From Longivirga aurantiaca (GTDB lineage Bacteria > Actinomycetota > Actinomycetes > S36-B12 > CAIYMF01), in contig NZ_JBHSTI010000008.1 of NCBI RefSeq assembly GCF_042660085.1, positions 90,001 to 122,000 of the forward strand: a stretch of DNA of 32,000 nucleotides. The letters are read 5' to 3'. The notes beneath the pieces are model-generated. The model was given only the letters and a program-made list of their open reading frames with translations. It had not been told where the DNA came from and made no database searches. Made by a program: the position numbers and the translations under genes. Every line of letters starts with the position of its first letter. The first letter of the stretch is position 1. This document shows, piece by piece, positions 1 through 9,898 of this stretch.

Positions 1-1
1 C

Positions 2-463
2 CCCAAGGAGGTCGGCGCCGACCGCATCGCGAACACCCTGGCGGCGCACCACCTCTACGGCGGCCCGTGCATCGTCGTCGACTTCGGCACCTCGACGAAC
101 TTCGACGTCGTCTCCGCCAAGGGGGAGTTCCTCGGCGGCGCGCTCGCACCAGGAGTCGAGATCTCGCTCGACGCGCTCGCGCAGCGCGCTGCCCAGCTGC
201 GCAAGGTCGAGTTCGTCGCTCCGCGCTCGGTCATCGCCAAGAACACGGTCGAGGCGCTGCAGTCCGGCGCGCTCTACGGGTTCGCGGGCCAGGTCGACGG
301 CATCGCGTCGCGCATCATCGCCGAGCTCGGCGGCTCGGTCACCGCGGTGATCGCCACCGGTGGTCTCGCGCCCGTCGTCATCCGGGAGTCGTCCACCGTC
401 ACCGTGCACCGCCCCGACCTCACGCTGCAGGGCCTGCGGCTCGTCTACGACAAGAACGTCTAG
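2..463 (+). CDS. coaX: Type III pantothenate kinase (CoaX), C-terminal part; the 5' end lies outside the window
   Basis: The frame is open from the window edge, so there is no start codon in the window and it is absent from the ORF track. It translates to PKEVGADRIANTLAAHHLYGGPCIVVDFGTSTNFDVVSAKGEFLGGALAPGVEISLDAL...VIATGGLAP...[24 protein letters not shown] and GGxxxPG are CoaX/ASKHA-type motifs. Stop TAG is at 461-463. It is adjacent to lysS, as in other actinobacteria. Confidence 0.85.
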   Translation, partial: PKEVGADRIANTLAAHHLYGGPCIVVDFGTSTNFDVVSAKGEFLGGALAPGVEISLDALAQRAAQLRKVEFVAPRSVIAKNTVEALQSGALYGFAGQVDGIASRIIAELGGSVTAVIATGGLAPVVIRESSTVTVHRPDLTLQGLRLVYDKNV

Positions 464-1209
464 GGGCGCGTCCAGCGGTACGTCGCCGTCACGTACGGGA
501 ACTCGACCACGGCGCGGCCGCGCGTCTGCGGGTGCGTGGCCATGAGCTCGCGCACCGCGGCGTACAGGTCGTCGGCGTCCTCGCGCAGGTAGACGTAGGA
601 GTACGTCGAGACCAGGCCGACCACCTGGTCGGGGGTCATGAGCACGGTGTGCGGGATGTCGGCGCGCACGACTCCGGGGTGCACGGCGTCGATCGCCTCG
701 AACGCCTCCGTGCGGTTGGAGCGGAACGAGTCGCCGCCGTCGACGATGTCCGACAGCGCATCCATCCACGGCACGCGGGTGTCGCGGGTGTTCCAGACCA
801 GCACGACGACGCCGCCTGGGCGCAGCACGCGCGTGAACTCCGCGGCAGCGGCCGGCGCGTCGAACCAGTGCCAGGCCTGGGCCGCGGTGACGGCGTCCAA
901 CGACGCATCCGGTAGCGGGAGGGACTCGGCCGGCGCCTGGGCGCGCAGCACGCCGGGCAGGGCCGCGCCGAGCTGCTCGAGCATCCCGGCGTCGGGCTCG
1001 TAGGCGCGGACGTCGAGCCCGAGATCGACCAGCGAACGGGTGAGCAGGCCGGTGCCCGCGCCGACGTCGGCGACGTCGCGGACCGTGCGCGTGGCGCCGT
1101 GCAGGCCCCAGACGAGGGCGTACGCCGGGTAGCCCGGGCGCAGGGCGTCGTACCGGTCGGCCGAGGCCCCGAAGGAGAGGCGGCGGTCGGCGTAGCTGGG
1201 CTCGGTCAC
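460..1209 (-). CDS. Class I SAM-dependent methyltransferase (Methyltransf_11-like)
   Basis: 249-aa ORF with the SAM-binding motif [16 protein letters not shown] and an acidic loop following (DVRAYEPD), then [12 protein letters not shown]. The substrate cannot be inferred. Its stop overlaps the convergent coaX stop within the palindrome CTAG (460-463). Confidence 0.8.
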   Translation of the reverse strand: MTEPSYADRRLSFGASADRYDALRPGYPAYALVWGLHGATRTVRDVADVGAGTGLLTRSLVDLGLDVRAYEPDAGMLEQLGAALPGVLRAQAPAESLPLPDASLDAVTAAQAWHWFDAPAAAAEFTRVLRPGGVVVLVWNTRDTRVPWMDALSDIVDGGDSFRSNRTEAFEAIDAVHPGVVRADIPHTVLMTPDQVVGLVSTYSYVYLREDADDLYAAVRELMATHPQTRGRAVVEFPYVTATYRWTRP

Positions 1210-1217
1210 GCCGCGAC

Positions 1218-1254
1218 GTTATCCCTGCGAAGCGCGCTTCGGGGCCCCGATAAC
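1218..1254. promoter_or_regulatory. Nested inverted repeat in the 54-bp divergent methyltransferase/lysS intergenic region (candidate operator)
   Basis: The sequence reads GTTATC-cctg-CGAAGC-GC-GCTTCG-gggcccc-GATAAC. The outer 6-bp arms are 1218-1223 and 1249-1254. The inner perfect palindrome is 1228-1241. Confidence 0.25.
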
Positions 1255-1263
1255 CTTGCGCGC

Positions 1264-2772
1264 ATGACTGACCAGCCCGCCGTGCCCGTCGATGCCGAGG
1301 ACGACCTCCCCGAGCAGATCCGGGTCCGCCGGGACAAGCGCCAGCGCCTCCTCGACTCCGGCCAGGACGCCTACCCCGTCTCGGTGCCGCGCACGCACTC
1401 CATCGCCGACGTCCGAGCGGCCCACCCCGGTCTCGAGCCCGACACCGCCACCGGCGAGATCGTCTCGGTCGCCGGTCGCGTGATCTTCGTGCGCAACACC
1501 GGCAAGCTCTGCTTCGCCACCCTGCGCGCCGGCGGCGGCGCCGAGATCCAGGCGATGCTCTCGCTCGACAAGGTGGGCGAGGACCGCCTCGCGGCGTGGA
1601 AGTCCGACGTCGACCTCGGTGACCACGTCAGCGTGACCGGCGAGGTCATCACATCGCGCCGCGGCGAGCTCTCGATCCTGGCCGACTCGTGGCTGCTCGC
1701 GGCGAAGACGCTGCGTCCGCTCCCGGTCGAGCACAAGCCGCTCGCGGAGGAGACCCGTGTGCGGCAGCGGTACGTCGACCTCGTCGTCCGCCCTCAGGCC
1801 CGCGAGGTCGCGCGCCTGCGCATCGCGGTGGTCGCCTCGCTGCGCGAGAGCTTCGCGCGCCGTGGCTTCCTCGAGGTCGAGACGCCGATGCTGCAGACGC
1901 TGCACGGTGGCGCCACCGCCCGGCCGTTCGTCACGCACTCCAACGCCTTCGACATGGACCTCTACCTGCGCATCGCGCCCGAGCTGTTCCTCAAGCGCTG
2001 CATCGTCGGCGGCATGGAGCGCGTGTTCGAGATCAACCGGAACTTCCGCAACGAGGGCGCCGACGCCACGCACTCGCCGGAGTTCGCGATGCTCGAGTAC
2101 TACGAGGAGTACGCCGACTACCGCACCAACGCAGCGATGACGCGCGAGCTGATCCAGGAGGCCACGCTCTCGACGTACGGCTCCTTGCAGTTCACCCGCT
2201 ACGACGGCCAGGAGCGCGACTTCTCCGGCGAGTGGGACGAGGTCTACGTCTACCCGTCGGTGTCCGAGGCGGTCGGTCGCGAGATCACGCCGTCCACCCC
2301 GGTGGAGGAGCTGCGCGAGCTCTGCGAGGCCGTGGGCATCAAGCCCGAGAAGACCTGGGTCGCCGGCAAGTACGTCGAGGAGCTGCTCGAGCACCACGTC
2401 GTCGAGCACCTCACGCGCCCGACGTTCGTCTACGACTACCCCGAGGACACCTCGCCGCTCGTGCGCAGCCATCGCACGCAGCCCGGCGTCGTGGAGAAGT
2501 GGGACCTCTACATCGACGGCAACGAGCAGGGCACGGGCTACTCCGAGCTCGTCGACCCGGTGCTGCAGCGCGAGCGGCTCGTGGCGCAGTCGCTCCTCAA
2601 GGCCGGCGGCGACGTCGAGGCGATGCAGGTCGACGAGGACTTCCTCCGCGCGCTCGAGTTCGGCATGCCGCCCTCGGGAGGTGTCGGTGTCGGCATCGAC
2701 CGCCTGCTCATGAACCTCACCGGCCTCAACATCCGCGAGACGATCCTCTTCCCGCTCGTGAAGCCCGAATGA
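1264..2772 (+). CDS. lysS: Lysine--tRNA ligase, class II
   Basis: ORF 1099..2772 is trimmed to ATG 1264 ([10 protein letters not shown]...) because the upstream part overlaps the divergent methyltransferase. It has an OB-fold anticodon-binding region ([26 protein letters not shown]) and class II motifs ([22 protein letters not shown]). The 502-aa length is typical. Confidence 0.92.
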   Translation: MTDQPAVPVDAEDDLPEQIRVRRDKRQRLLDSGQDAYPVSVPRTHSIADVRAAHPGLEPDTATGEIVSVAGRVIFVRNTGKLCFATLRAGGGAEIQAMLSLDKVGEDRLAAWKSDVDLGDHVSVTGEVITSRRGELSILADSWLLAAKTLRPLPVEHKPLAEETRVRQRYVDLVVRPQAREVARLRIAVVASLRESFARRGFLEVETPMLQTLHGGATARPFVTHSNAFDMDLYLRIAPELFLKRCIVGGMERVFEINRNFRNEGADATHSPEFAMLEYYEEYADYRTNAAMTRELIQEATLSTYGSLQFTRYDGQERDFSGEWDEVYVYPSVSEAVGREITPSTPVEELRELCEAVGIKPEKTWVAGKYVEELLEHHVVEHLTRPTFVYDYPEDTSPLVRSHRTQPGVVEKWDLYIDGNEQGTGYSELVDPVLQRERLVAQSLLKAGGDVEAMQVDEDFLRALEFGMPPSGGVGVGIDRLLMNLTGLNIRETILFPLVKPE

Positions 2773-3278
2773 GCCCGGCGTCCCGCGTCGTCGTACGGGC
2801 CGCGCGCACGGCCGACGTGCGCGCCATCCGCGCCCTCGTCGACACCTATGCGCCCGACCGGCGTCTGCTCTCCAAGGCCACCGTCGCGCTCTACGAGGAC
2901 ATCACGGAGTTCCTCGTCGCCGACCTCGACGGCGAGGTCGTCGGGTGCGGTGCGGTGCACGTGTTCTGGGAAGACCTCGCCGAGGTCCGCACGGTGGCCG
3001 TGGACCCGGCGTTCGTCGGCACCGGGATCGGCAGCGTGCTGCTCACCGCGCTCGTCGGCCGCGCGCGCGAGCTCGGCGTCGCGAAGGTGTTCTGCCTGAC
3101 CTTCGAGACCGAGTTCTTCGGCCGGCACGGGTTCGTGGAGATCGAGGGGACGCCGGTCGACCACGACGTCTTCGAGCAGCTCCTGCGCTCGTACGACGAG
3201 GGCGTGGCCGAGTTCCTCGACCTCGAGCGCGTGAAGCCCAACACCCTGGGCAACCACCGCATGCTGCTCGTCCTGTAG
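2769..3278 (+). CDS. argA: Single-domain GNAT amino-acid N-acetyltransferase (short N-acetylglutamate synthase type, Rv2747-like)
   Basis: 169 aa, with start ATG overlapping the lysS stop (ATGA at 2769-2772). The sequence [21 protein letters not shown]...[21 protein letters not shown]...[28 protein letters not shown] closely matches my memory of the mycobacterial short ArgA (Rv2747). The gene symbol is tentative. Confidence 0.8.
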   Translation: MSPASRVVVRAARTADVRAIRALVDTYAPDRRLLSKATVALYEDITEFLVADLDGEVVGCGAVHVFWEDLAEVRTVAVDPAFVGTGIGSVLLTALVGRARELGVAKVFCLTFETEFFGRHGFVEIEGTPVDHDVFEQLLRSYDEGVAEFLDLERVKPNTLGNHRMLLVL

Positions 3279-3312
3279 CCGCCGCGCCCCGCCACGGCGA
3301 GGGTCGGGTGCC

Positions 3313-3338
3313 GGATCCCGGGCTCTGCCCCGGAATCC
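3313..3338. terminator. Candidate bidirectional hairpin between the convergent argA-like and gpx genes
   Basis: GGATCCCGGG-ctctg-CCCCGGAATCC forms about a 10-bp stem with one mismatch. There is no U-tract. Confidence 0.3.
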
Positions 3339-3365
3339 ACCGTCCGACGTGGGATGCGGCAGCGG

Positions 3366-3866
3366 TCAGGCTGCGCGGGAGACGAGCACGGCCTCGATGT
3401 CGGCGCGCATCGACAACGGGTCGGTCTTCGGTGCGTAGCGCGTCACCGTGGTGCCGTCGGGCGCGACGAGGAACTTGGTGAAGTTCCACTTGATCGTCGA
3501 GGACATCAGGCCGCCGCCGCGCTTCTTCAGGAAGCCGAACACGGGGTGGGTGCCGCGGCCGTTCACATCGACCTTGGTCGACAGCGGGAACGTGACGCCG
3601 TAGTTGATGGTGCAGAACTGCTCGATGGCGGCGTCGTCGCCGGGCTCCTGGTGCGCGAACTGGTCGCAGGGGAAGCCCAGCACGACGAGCCCGCGGTCGG
3701 CGTACTCCTCGTACAGCGCCTGCAGCGCCTCGTACTGCGGCGTGAGGCCGCACTTGCTGGCCGTGTTGACCACGAGCACCGGGCGCCCGGCGTACTGCGC
3801 CAGCGGCACCTCCTGCCCGGCCGGGCTGGTGTAGCTGAGGTCGAACAGGGTCGCGTCGCTGGTCAT
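3366..3866 (-). CDS. Glutathione peroxidase family protein (Cys-type)
   Basis: 166 aa. GPx signature regions are VLVVNTASKCGLTPQY (catalytic Cys), LGFPCDQFAHQEPG and IKWNFTKFLV. Confidence 0.88.
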   Translation of the reverse strand: MTSDATLFDLSYTSPAGQEVPLAQYAGRPVLVVNTASKCGLTPQYEALQALYEEYADRGLVVLGFPCDQFAHQEPGDDAAIEQFCTINYGVTFPLSTKVDVNGRGTHPVFGFLKKRGGGLMSSTIKWNFTKFLVAPDGTTVTRYAPKTDPLSMRADIEAVLVSRAA

Positions 3867-3925
3867 GGCTCCATTGTCCCCCGGTTACGGGACCCGGCGA
3901 ACCGAGCGGGCCACGAGCGCTGCGC

Positions 3926-3981
3926 CTCACCCACCGAAGTGCCCGAAGACCCTTGTGATCTCTGGCACTTCGGTGGGTGAG
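3926..3981 (-). terminator. Large hairpin immediately downstream of the ppc stop
   Basis: Perfect 18-bp inverted repeat CTCACCCACCGAAGTGCC (3926-3943) / GGCACTTCGGTGGGTGAG (3964-3981) with a 20-nt loop. It begins 6 nt after the ppc stop codon on the minus strand. There is no obvious U-tail, which I understand is common for high-GC actinobacterial terminators. Confidence 0.55.
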
Positions 3982-3986
3982 ACGCG

Positions 3987-6782
3987 TCAGCCGGTGTTGC
4001 GCAGGCCGGTGGCGATGCCGTTGACCGTCAGCAGCAGTGCACGGCGCAGGGTGGGCTCGACGTCGGAGTGCTCGCCGCCTGCCGTCGTCGCGCGGGCACC
4101 GCGGACGCGGGCGAGCAGCTGCACCTGCAGGAGCTGCAGGGGCAGCAGGTACCGGTCGCGGGTGGCGAGGGTCGAGGCGAGCATCGGCTGCGCACCGAGC
4201 AGCTCGGTCTCACCGGTCAGGGCGAGCACCTCCTGCAGGGTCAGCGCGTGCTCGGCCTCGATCGCGGCGAACACGTGCTGCAGCTCGGCTGGCACCAGGG
4301 CGTCGACGTACTCGCGGGCCACCCGCAGATCGGTCTTGGCGAGGGTCATCTCGACGTTGGAGATGAAGTTGCGGAAGAAGTGCCAGCTGGAGTGCATCTC
4401 GTGCAGCGCGTCGCCGAGGCCCGCCTCGCGGGCGGCCCGCAGGCCTGACCCGACACCGAACCAGCCGGGCACGATCTGCCGCGACTGGGTCCAGCCGAAC
4501 ACCCACGGGATCGCGCGCAGCGACTCGATGCCGGCGCCCTCCGTCGCGCGTCGGGCGGGGCGCGAGCCCAGGTGCATGTCGGCGAGCTCCTCGACGGGGG
4601 TGGAGGTCGCGAAGTAGTGCGGCAGGTCGGGGTCGTCGACGAGCGAGCGGTAAGCCTTCTGCGCCTCGGTCGACACGAGGTCCATGGCCGGGTCCCAGTG
4701 CGCGAGGTTCGTCGCGTTCGCCCGCGGCTGCTGGTGCAGCACGGTGGCCTCGACCACCGCGGCGAGCAGCAGCTCGAGGTTCTCGCGCGCGAGCCCGGGC
4801 AGCAGGTACTTGTCGGAGATGACCTCGCCCTGCTCGGTCAGCTTGATCTCGCCGTCGAGGACGCCCCACGGCTGCGACAGCACGGCCTCGTACGTCGGCC
4901 CGCCGCCGCGCCCCACGGTGCCGCCGCGGCCGTGGAACAGCCGCAGCCGCACGCCGTGCGCCCGCGCCACATCGCGGAGCCGGCGCTGCGCGAGGTGGAT
5001 CTCCCACTGCGAGGTCGTGATGCCGGCGTCCTTGTTGGAGTCGGAGTAGCCGAGCATGACCTCCTGCACGTCGCCGCGCAGCGCCACGATCTCCCGGTAC
5101 GACGGGTCGGACAGCAGACCGTCGAGCAGGTCGCCCGCCCGGCGCAGCTCGTCGACGGTCTCGAGCAGCGGGGAGAACCCGACCCGTGCGACGCCGCCGG
5201 CGATGTCGACCAGCCCCGCCTCGCGCGCGAGCACCACGGCCGCAAGGACGTCGTCGACGCCTTTGGTCATCGAGACGATGTAGGTCTCGCACACCTCGGG
5301 GCCGTACTTGTCGAGCGCCTCGCGGATCGCCACGAACGCGCTGTAGGTGCGCAGGTCGTCGCCCTCGAGCGGCGGGGGCGTGGGCGCGAGGGGCCGGCGC
5401 GAGGCCAGCTCGGCCGACAGCAGCCGCAGCCGGTGCTCGCGCGGCAGGTCCTCGTAGCGCCAGCCCTGCTCGCCGAGGCGGTCGACGAGCTTCGCGACGG
5501 CGCTGTGGTGCATCGACGCATGCTCGCGGACGTCGAGCGTGACGAGCGACAGGCCGAACGCGGCCACGGAGCGGATCGCGCGCGCGACCACGCCCCGGGC
5601 AGCCAGCTCGCCGCGGTTCGCCTCGAGCGAGGTCTGCACGAGCATGAGGTCGTCGAGCAGATCGCGCGTGGAGAGGTAGTCGCGCCCCGCGCGGTGCGGC
5701 GTGCCACCGGTGATGCGCGCGCGGGTGTTGACCAGCTTGGCGCGCACGCACGTGAGCTTGAGCCGGTAGGGCTCCTCGGCGTTCAGCCGGCGGTAGCGCG
5801 GGTCGAGCTCGGTGAGCGTCGCGAGGTCGGCGTCGAGCGAGGCGCGCAGCTCGGGCGTCACCTCGTTGAGCCGCTCGGACACCGAGAGGTCCTCGAGCAG
5901 CTTGTCGATGACGGGGAGCAGGTCGCGGATCGCGTGGTCGCGGACGAGGTCGACCACGCGCAGCGTGACGTCGGGCGTGACGAACGGGTTGCCGTCGCGG
6001 TCGCCGCCGATCCACGATCCGAACGACAGCGGCCGGGCGTCGGACGGGAGCTTGACGCCGACGGTCGACAGCGCGTGCGCGAGGTCGTCGAGCACCTCCG
6101 ACACCGGCCCGCTCGCGAGGTCGTCGAGGTAGTAGAGCGCGTTGCGCGCCTCGTCGAGCACCTCGGGGCGGTCGAGGCGCAGCTCGTCGGTCTGCCAGAG
6201 CAGGTCGACGAGCTCGGCGGCACGCGCCGAGACCCGGGCGTCGTCGAGGCCGATGCCGTCGGCCTCGGCGCGGTCGAGCAGGTCGGCGATGGCGCGCAGC
6301 TTCAGGAGCACCGAGCGGCGGGCCGCCTCGGTCGGGTGCGCGGTGAAGACCGGGCGGGCCGACAGACGGGCGACCCCCGCGGCCACCGACTCGGGCGTCA
6401 CCTCGCCGGCGGAGATCGCGGCCGAGATGCGGGTGGCTGCGCGCGAGAGCGGGTCGCCCGCCACACGGCGCGCGTCGCGCTGCTCGCGGGCGCGGTGCAC
6501 CTGCTCGGTCACGTTGGCGAGGTGGAAGTACGTGGAGAACGCCCGCGCCAGCCGGGTCGCGGTCTCCACGTCGAGGCCAGCGAGCAGGTCGGAGGTCTCG
6601 CCGAGGTCGGCGCGGGCGGTCCGGCGGATCTGCTCGACGAGCCCGAGCAGCGACGCCGACTCCTGCCGCACGAGGGTCGCGCCGAGCAGCTCGCCGAGCA
6701 CCCGGATGTCGCGGCGCAGGGCGGCGGTGTCCTCGGAGACGCCGAGGGAGGACTCGAGAGCGAGATGCAGGTCGCCGGTCAT
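3987..6782 (-). CDS. ppc: Phosphoenolpyruvate carboxylase
   Basis: 931 aa. PEPC motifs are [38 protein letters not shown] and the C-terminal [11 protein letters not shown]. Confidence 0.95.
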   Translation of the reverse strand: MTGDLHLALESSLGVSEDTAALRRDIRVLGELLGATLVRQESASLLGLVEQIRRTARADLGETSDLLAGLDVETATRLARAFSTYFHLANVTEQVHRAREQRDARRVAGDPLSRAATRISAAISAGEVTPESVAAGVARLSARPVFTAHPTEAARRSVLLKLRAIADLLDRAEADGIGLDDARVSARAAELVDLLWQTDELRLDRPEVLDEARNALYYLDDLASGPVSEVLDDLAHALSTVGVKLPSDARPLSFGSWIGGDRDGNPFVTPDVTLRVVDLVRDHAIRDLLPVIDKLLEDLSVSERLNEVTPELRASLDADLATLTELDPRYRRLNAEEPYRLKLTCVRAKLVNTRARITGGTPHRAGRDYLSTRDLLDDLMLVQTSLEANRGELAARGVVARAIRSVAAFGLSLVTLDVREHASMHHSAVAKLVDRLGEQGWRYEDLPREHRLRLLSAELASRRPLAPTPPPLEGDDLRTYSAFVAIREALDKYGPEVCETYIVSMTKGVDDVLAAVVLAREAGLVDIAGGVARVGFSPLLETVDELRRAGDLLDGLLSDPSYREIVALRGDVQEVMLGYSDSNKDAGITTSQWEIHLAQRRLRDVARAHGVRLRLFHGRGGTVGRGGGPTYEAVLSQPWGVLDGEIKLTEQGEVISDKYLLPGLARENLELLLAAVVEATVLHQQPRANATNLAHWDPAMDLVSTEAQKAYRSLVDDPDLPHYFATSTPVEELADMHLGSRPARRATEGAGIESLRAIPWVFGWTQSRQIVPGWFGVGSGLRAAREAGLGDALHEMHSSWHFFRNFISNVEMTLAKTDLRVAREYVDALVPAELQHVFAAIEAEHALTLQEVLALTGETELLGAQPMLASTLATRDRYLLPLQLLQVQLLARVRGARATTAGGEHSDVEPTLRRALLLTVNGIATGLRNTG

Positions 6783-6899
6783 GAGCGTCCGTCCGCTTAA
6801 GGGTGAAAGGGACGGCGCGGCGTCGCTGACGCACCGGGGGGAAGCCTACCGGGGTCCCGGCTGCCCGCCTGCCGCCCGTCCGGGCGCGGCAGGGCTCCG

Positions 6900-7071
6900 C
6901 CCATTTCCCGAGCTCGTGTTTCGACTTTCCACCGGTAATCCCCATCCTGTGGATATCCCGTCCGAGTGAATTCGCCTCCTGAATTTCATCCCCGGGCTTT
7001 CCTGTGCTTTCCTTTTCCCGCTCCGGGGAATCCCGGACAAACACCGGAATATGCGACAGGAATGGTGCGCC
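6900..7071 (+). promoter_or_regulatory. Lower-GC, pyrimidine-rich leader/promoter region upstream of lsr2 (divergent from ppc)
   Basis: My hand count gives roughly 55% GC over 6901-7070, well below the rest of the window. It contains T/C tracts (ctttcctgtgctttccttttccc) and GAATT direct repeats. No -10/-35 assignment is attempted. Confidence 0.35.
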
Positions 7072-7413
7072 ATGGCTCAGAAGGTCCAAGTCGTGCTCGT
7101 GGACGACCTCGACGGCGGCACCGCCGACGAGACGGTCACCTTCTCCCTGGACGGCGTCTCCTACGAGATCGACCTGACCCACGACAACGCCGCCCGCCTG
7201 CGCGACCTCCTCGCGCCGTACGTCGGCCACGGCCGGCGTATCGGCGGCGGACGCCGCTCGGGCTCCACCGGCGGCCGGACCACCGGCAAGAGCACCGGCG
7301 GGGTCGACCCCGCGCAGGTGCGCGCCTGGGCCAAGAGCGAGGGCATCGCCGTGAACGAGCGCGGTCGCATCAGCGCCGACCTGCTGGCCAAGTTCCAGGC
7401 CGCGCAGTCCTGA
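7072..7413 (+). CDS. lsr2: Nucleoid-associated protein Lsr2
   Basis: ORF 7051..7413 is trimmed to ATG 7072, so the product begins MAQKVQVVLVDDLDGGTADETVTFSLDGVSYEIDL (canonical Lsr2 N-terminus). There is a Gly/Arg-rich linker and a C-terminal DNA-binding region VRAWAKSEGIAVNERGRISADLLAKFQAA. It is preceded by a lower-GC leader. Confidence 0.93.
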   Translation: MAQKVQVVLVDDLDGGTADETVTFSLDGVSYEIDLTHDNAARLRDLLAPYVGHGRRIGGGRRSGSTGGRTTGKSTGGVDPAQVRAWAKSEGIAVNERGRISADLLAKFQAAQS

Positions 7414-7423
7414 CGGCGGCCGC

Positions 7424-7864
7424 ATGACCGTCCTGGCCCGTCGTGACGACGGGCTCGTCATCGACGACGACCCCGACCGTGTCGACCTCGACGCCACGTA
7501 CGCGATGGTCGTGGGCGAGGGCTACTGGGCCAACGCGCGAACGCCCGGCACCGTGGCCGCCTCGGTGCGGGGCTCGTGGGTGTTCGGCGTGTACGACGGC
7601 GCCGCCCAGGTCGGCTTCGCCCGGGCCGTCACCGACCGCGCGACCTTCGCGTGGATCTGCGACGTGATCGTGACCGAGGACTACCGCGCCCGGGGGATCG
7701 GCTCGTGGCTGGTCGCGACCGTGTTCGACGCCGTCGAGGCCACCGGCGTGCAGCGCCAGCTGCTCGCGACCCTGGACGCGCACGAGGTCTACGCCCGCGA
7801 AGGGTTCACACCCCTGGCGAAGCCGGAGACCTGGATGGAGCGCGACCGGCGCCCACCGGCCTGA
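7424..7864 (+). CDS. GNAT family N-acetyltransferase
   Basis: 146 aa with a GNAT core (VIVTEDYRARGIGSWLVATVFDAVEATG ... EVYAREGFTP). It lies 10 nt downstream of lsr2 on the same strand. The substrate is unknown. Confidence 0.75.
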   Translation: MTVLARRDDGLVIDDDPDRVDLDATYAMVVGEGYWANARTPGTVAASVRGSWVFGVYDGAAQVGFARAVTDRATFAWICDVIVTEDYRARGIGSWLVATVFDAVEATGVQRQLLATLDAHEVYAREGFTPLAKPETWMERDRRPPA

Positions 7865-7867
7865 GCG

Positions 7868-9898
7868 TCAGCCGACCGGGACCGGCGACTTCACCTTCGG
7901 GCCGAGGAGGAACGCCCCGGCGTAGAGCAGCGCGGCGAGCCCGAGCAGCGCCGGGTAGCCGACGACGAGCGCGAGGTACTCCAGGCACCCGCCGACCATC
8001 GCGCCGAGCAGGTTGGCCGCGAACGCCCCGGTGGCGTCCTCGGTGGTGTCGAAGCGCGTCGCGAACACGATGTTGGATGCGAAGACGGGGCCGAAGGCGA
8101 TGGCGACGGCCACGACCACGCGCAGCCCCATCGGCAGGCTCAGCAGCCAGGACGTGGGCACGAGCCAGGCGATGAGCAGCGTGGCCCCGAGGAACCCGAA
8201 CGCCACCGGTCTCGACGGGCGCTTCTTCATCCGCCGGGTCACCTCCACGGCGAGCAGCACCACGATGAGCACACCGGCGAACACGATCGCGTTGACCACC
8301 CAGGTGGTGCCGAACAGCAGCGCCGACCACGTCACCGCCCGCGTCTCGAGCAGGAGGAACGCGGCGCCGAGGCACGCGAGGTCGGCGTACGGCGCCATCC
8401 GGCGCAGCGGCCCCCCGATCACGCGCACGGCGATGAGCGAGACCAGCAGCACCATGACGATCACGAGCAGGAACGTGCCCGGGATCGAGGCGTCCTTCAG
8501 GTAGAGGAAGGGGCGCTCGTCGTGCACCGGCGGCGGGCCGGACAGGTCGGTGACGACGGACGCGTCGACGGCGGGGTCGCCGCAGCGCTGGTCGGCCTCG
8601 GTGAGGCCGGCGACGATGACGGCACTGCGCGCGCGGAAGGCATCGACGCACGGGGCGTGCCCGAACGCGGCCTCGGCGGTGTTCGCGAGCCGGCCGATCA
8701 GCCAGTTCTCGCGGTAGTAGTTGTACATCGCGAACGCGCCGCCGGGCTTGAGCACCGCCTTCACGTCCTCGAGCGCCTCCTGGGTGAACAGGTAGCTCTC
8801 GAGCCGCAGCTGGTTGGACCCGGCCACCAGCGTGAGCGAGTCGGGCAGCGCGAAGATCACGAGGTCGTACTTCTTGTCCGTCGTGTGCAGGAAGGCGCGG
8901 CCGTCGCCGATGTACGGCGTGACCCGCGGGTCGTCGTACGGCTTCTGCGGGTGCAGCTCGACACCGAGCTGCTTGATGCGGGGGTCGATCTCGACGGCGT
9001 CCACGCTGGTGGCGCCCTGGCGCAGAGCGAGCGCGACGTCCGACCCGTTGCCGGCCCCGACGACGAGCACGTCGCCCACTGGGCCCTCGGTGATCCGCTC
9101 GTACGGCTGGGCGTAGAAGGGCTCCGCCTCGAGCCGGAAGTCGAGGTCGACGATCGCCTGGTGCGGAACGCCGTTGGCGATGACGGCGTACGCCGGGGTC
9201 TGCGTGCCGGCCTGGTCGGTGGCGACCTGGTCGATCACCTGGATCTTGTAGTACGGCGACCAGATGTCTCCCTCGCGCAGCACGCCGACCGACATCGAGT
9301 AGACGACCACGCCCAGCGCGACCACGGCGATGCCCTGGGTGGTGAGCCGGCTCCCGCCGACCAGCGCCAGCACGAGGGCCGCGATGACGATCGACCAGAC
9401 CACCGGTCCGGCGCCGACGTACGACAGGACGGCGAAGCTCACCGTGCCCGCGAGGCTGCCGAGGAGGTCGAAGCGGTAGGCGTCGAGGCGGGGGAGCTCG
9501 AAGAAGCACTCGGCGACCATGATCGCCGGGCCCATGAGCACCGCGGCGACGGCCACGAAGACCAGCGTGAGGGTGACGACCGGCGGCCATGCGCCCTCGG
9601 TGCTCACCGCGGTGAAGTAGATGAGGTCCGAGCCCGTCTGGTCGACCCCGCCGGGGATGAACGGCACCGCGAGCAGCAGCACGGCGAGGGCGGGGGCGAA
9701 CCATGCCCCGCGGCGGCGGTCCGGCTTGGCCACGAGGAACCCGAGGCCGATGCCGAGGAACGACCCCAGCAGGACGATGTTGGAGAAGTACGACAGGTGC
9801 AGGAGGTTGGCGCCCAGCCAGCGGATGAGCATCAGCTCGGTGAAGAGCATGAGCGCGCTGGCGAGGAAGAGCCGAAGCCTGACCGACATGCGGCGCAT
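7868..9898 (-). CDS. Polytopic membrane protein with a central spermidine-synthase-like (SAM-dependent aminopropyl/methyltransferase) domain
   Basis: ORF 7868..10066. The central domain has VLVVGAGNGSDVALAL (SAM/dcSAM-binding Gly loop), IGDGRAFL and YDLVIFALPDS. Multi-TM hydrophobic regions lie on both sides of it. The start is uncertain: ATG 9898 or ATG 9889 (GAGAGGA lies 8 nt upstream of 9889) is preferred over GTG 10066, which has no Shine-Dalgarno sequence. Confidence 0.7.
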   Translation of the reverse strand: MRRMSVRLRLFLASALMLFTELMLIRWLGANLLHLSYFSNIVLLGSFLGIGLGFLVAKPDRRRGAWFAPALAVLLLAVPFIPGGVDQTGSDLIYFTAVSTEGAWPPVVTLTLVFVAVAAVLMGPAIMVAECFFELPRLDAYRFDLLGSLAGTVSFAVLSYVGAGPVVWSIVIAALVLALVGGSRLTTQGIAVVALGVVVYSMSVGVLREGDIWSPYYKIQVIDQVATDQAGTQTPAYAVIANGVPHQAIVDLDFRLEAEPFYAQPYERITEGPVGDVLVVGAGNGSDVALALRQGATSVDAVEIDPRIKQLGVELHPQKPYDDPRVTPYIGDGRAFLHTTDKKYDLVIFALPDSLTLVAGSNQLRLESYLFTQEALEDVKAVLKPGGAFAMYNYYRENWLIGRLANTAEAAFGHAPCVDAFRARSAVIVAGLTEADQRCGDPAVDASVVTDLSGPPPVHDERPFLYLKDASIPGTFLLVIVMVLLVSLIAVRVIGGPLRRMAPYADLACLGAAFLLLETRAVTWSALLFGTTWVVNAIVFAGVLIVVLLAVEVTRRMKKRPSRPVAFGFLGATLLIAWLVPTSWLLSLPMGLRVVVAVAIAFGPVFASNIVFATRFDTTEDATGAFAANLLGAMVGGCLEYLALVVGYPALLGLAALLYAGAFLLGPKVKSPVPVG

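Noticed and set aside
4210-7497. Very long alternative-frame ORFs over ppc (1095 aa on the minus strand at 4210..7497, and 742 aa on the plus strand at 4572..6800).
   Set aside because: The translations are Arg/Pro/Ala/Gly-rich low-complexity sequence with no recognisable motifs, typical of off-frame or antisense shadows in high-GC DNA. The ppc frame carries clear PEPC motifs and explains the region.
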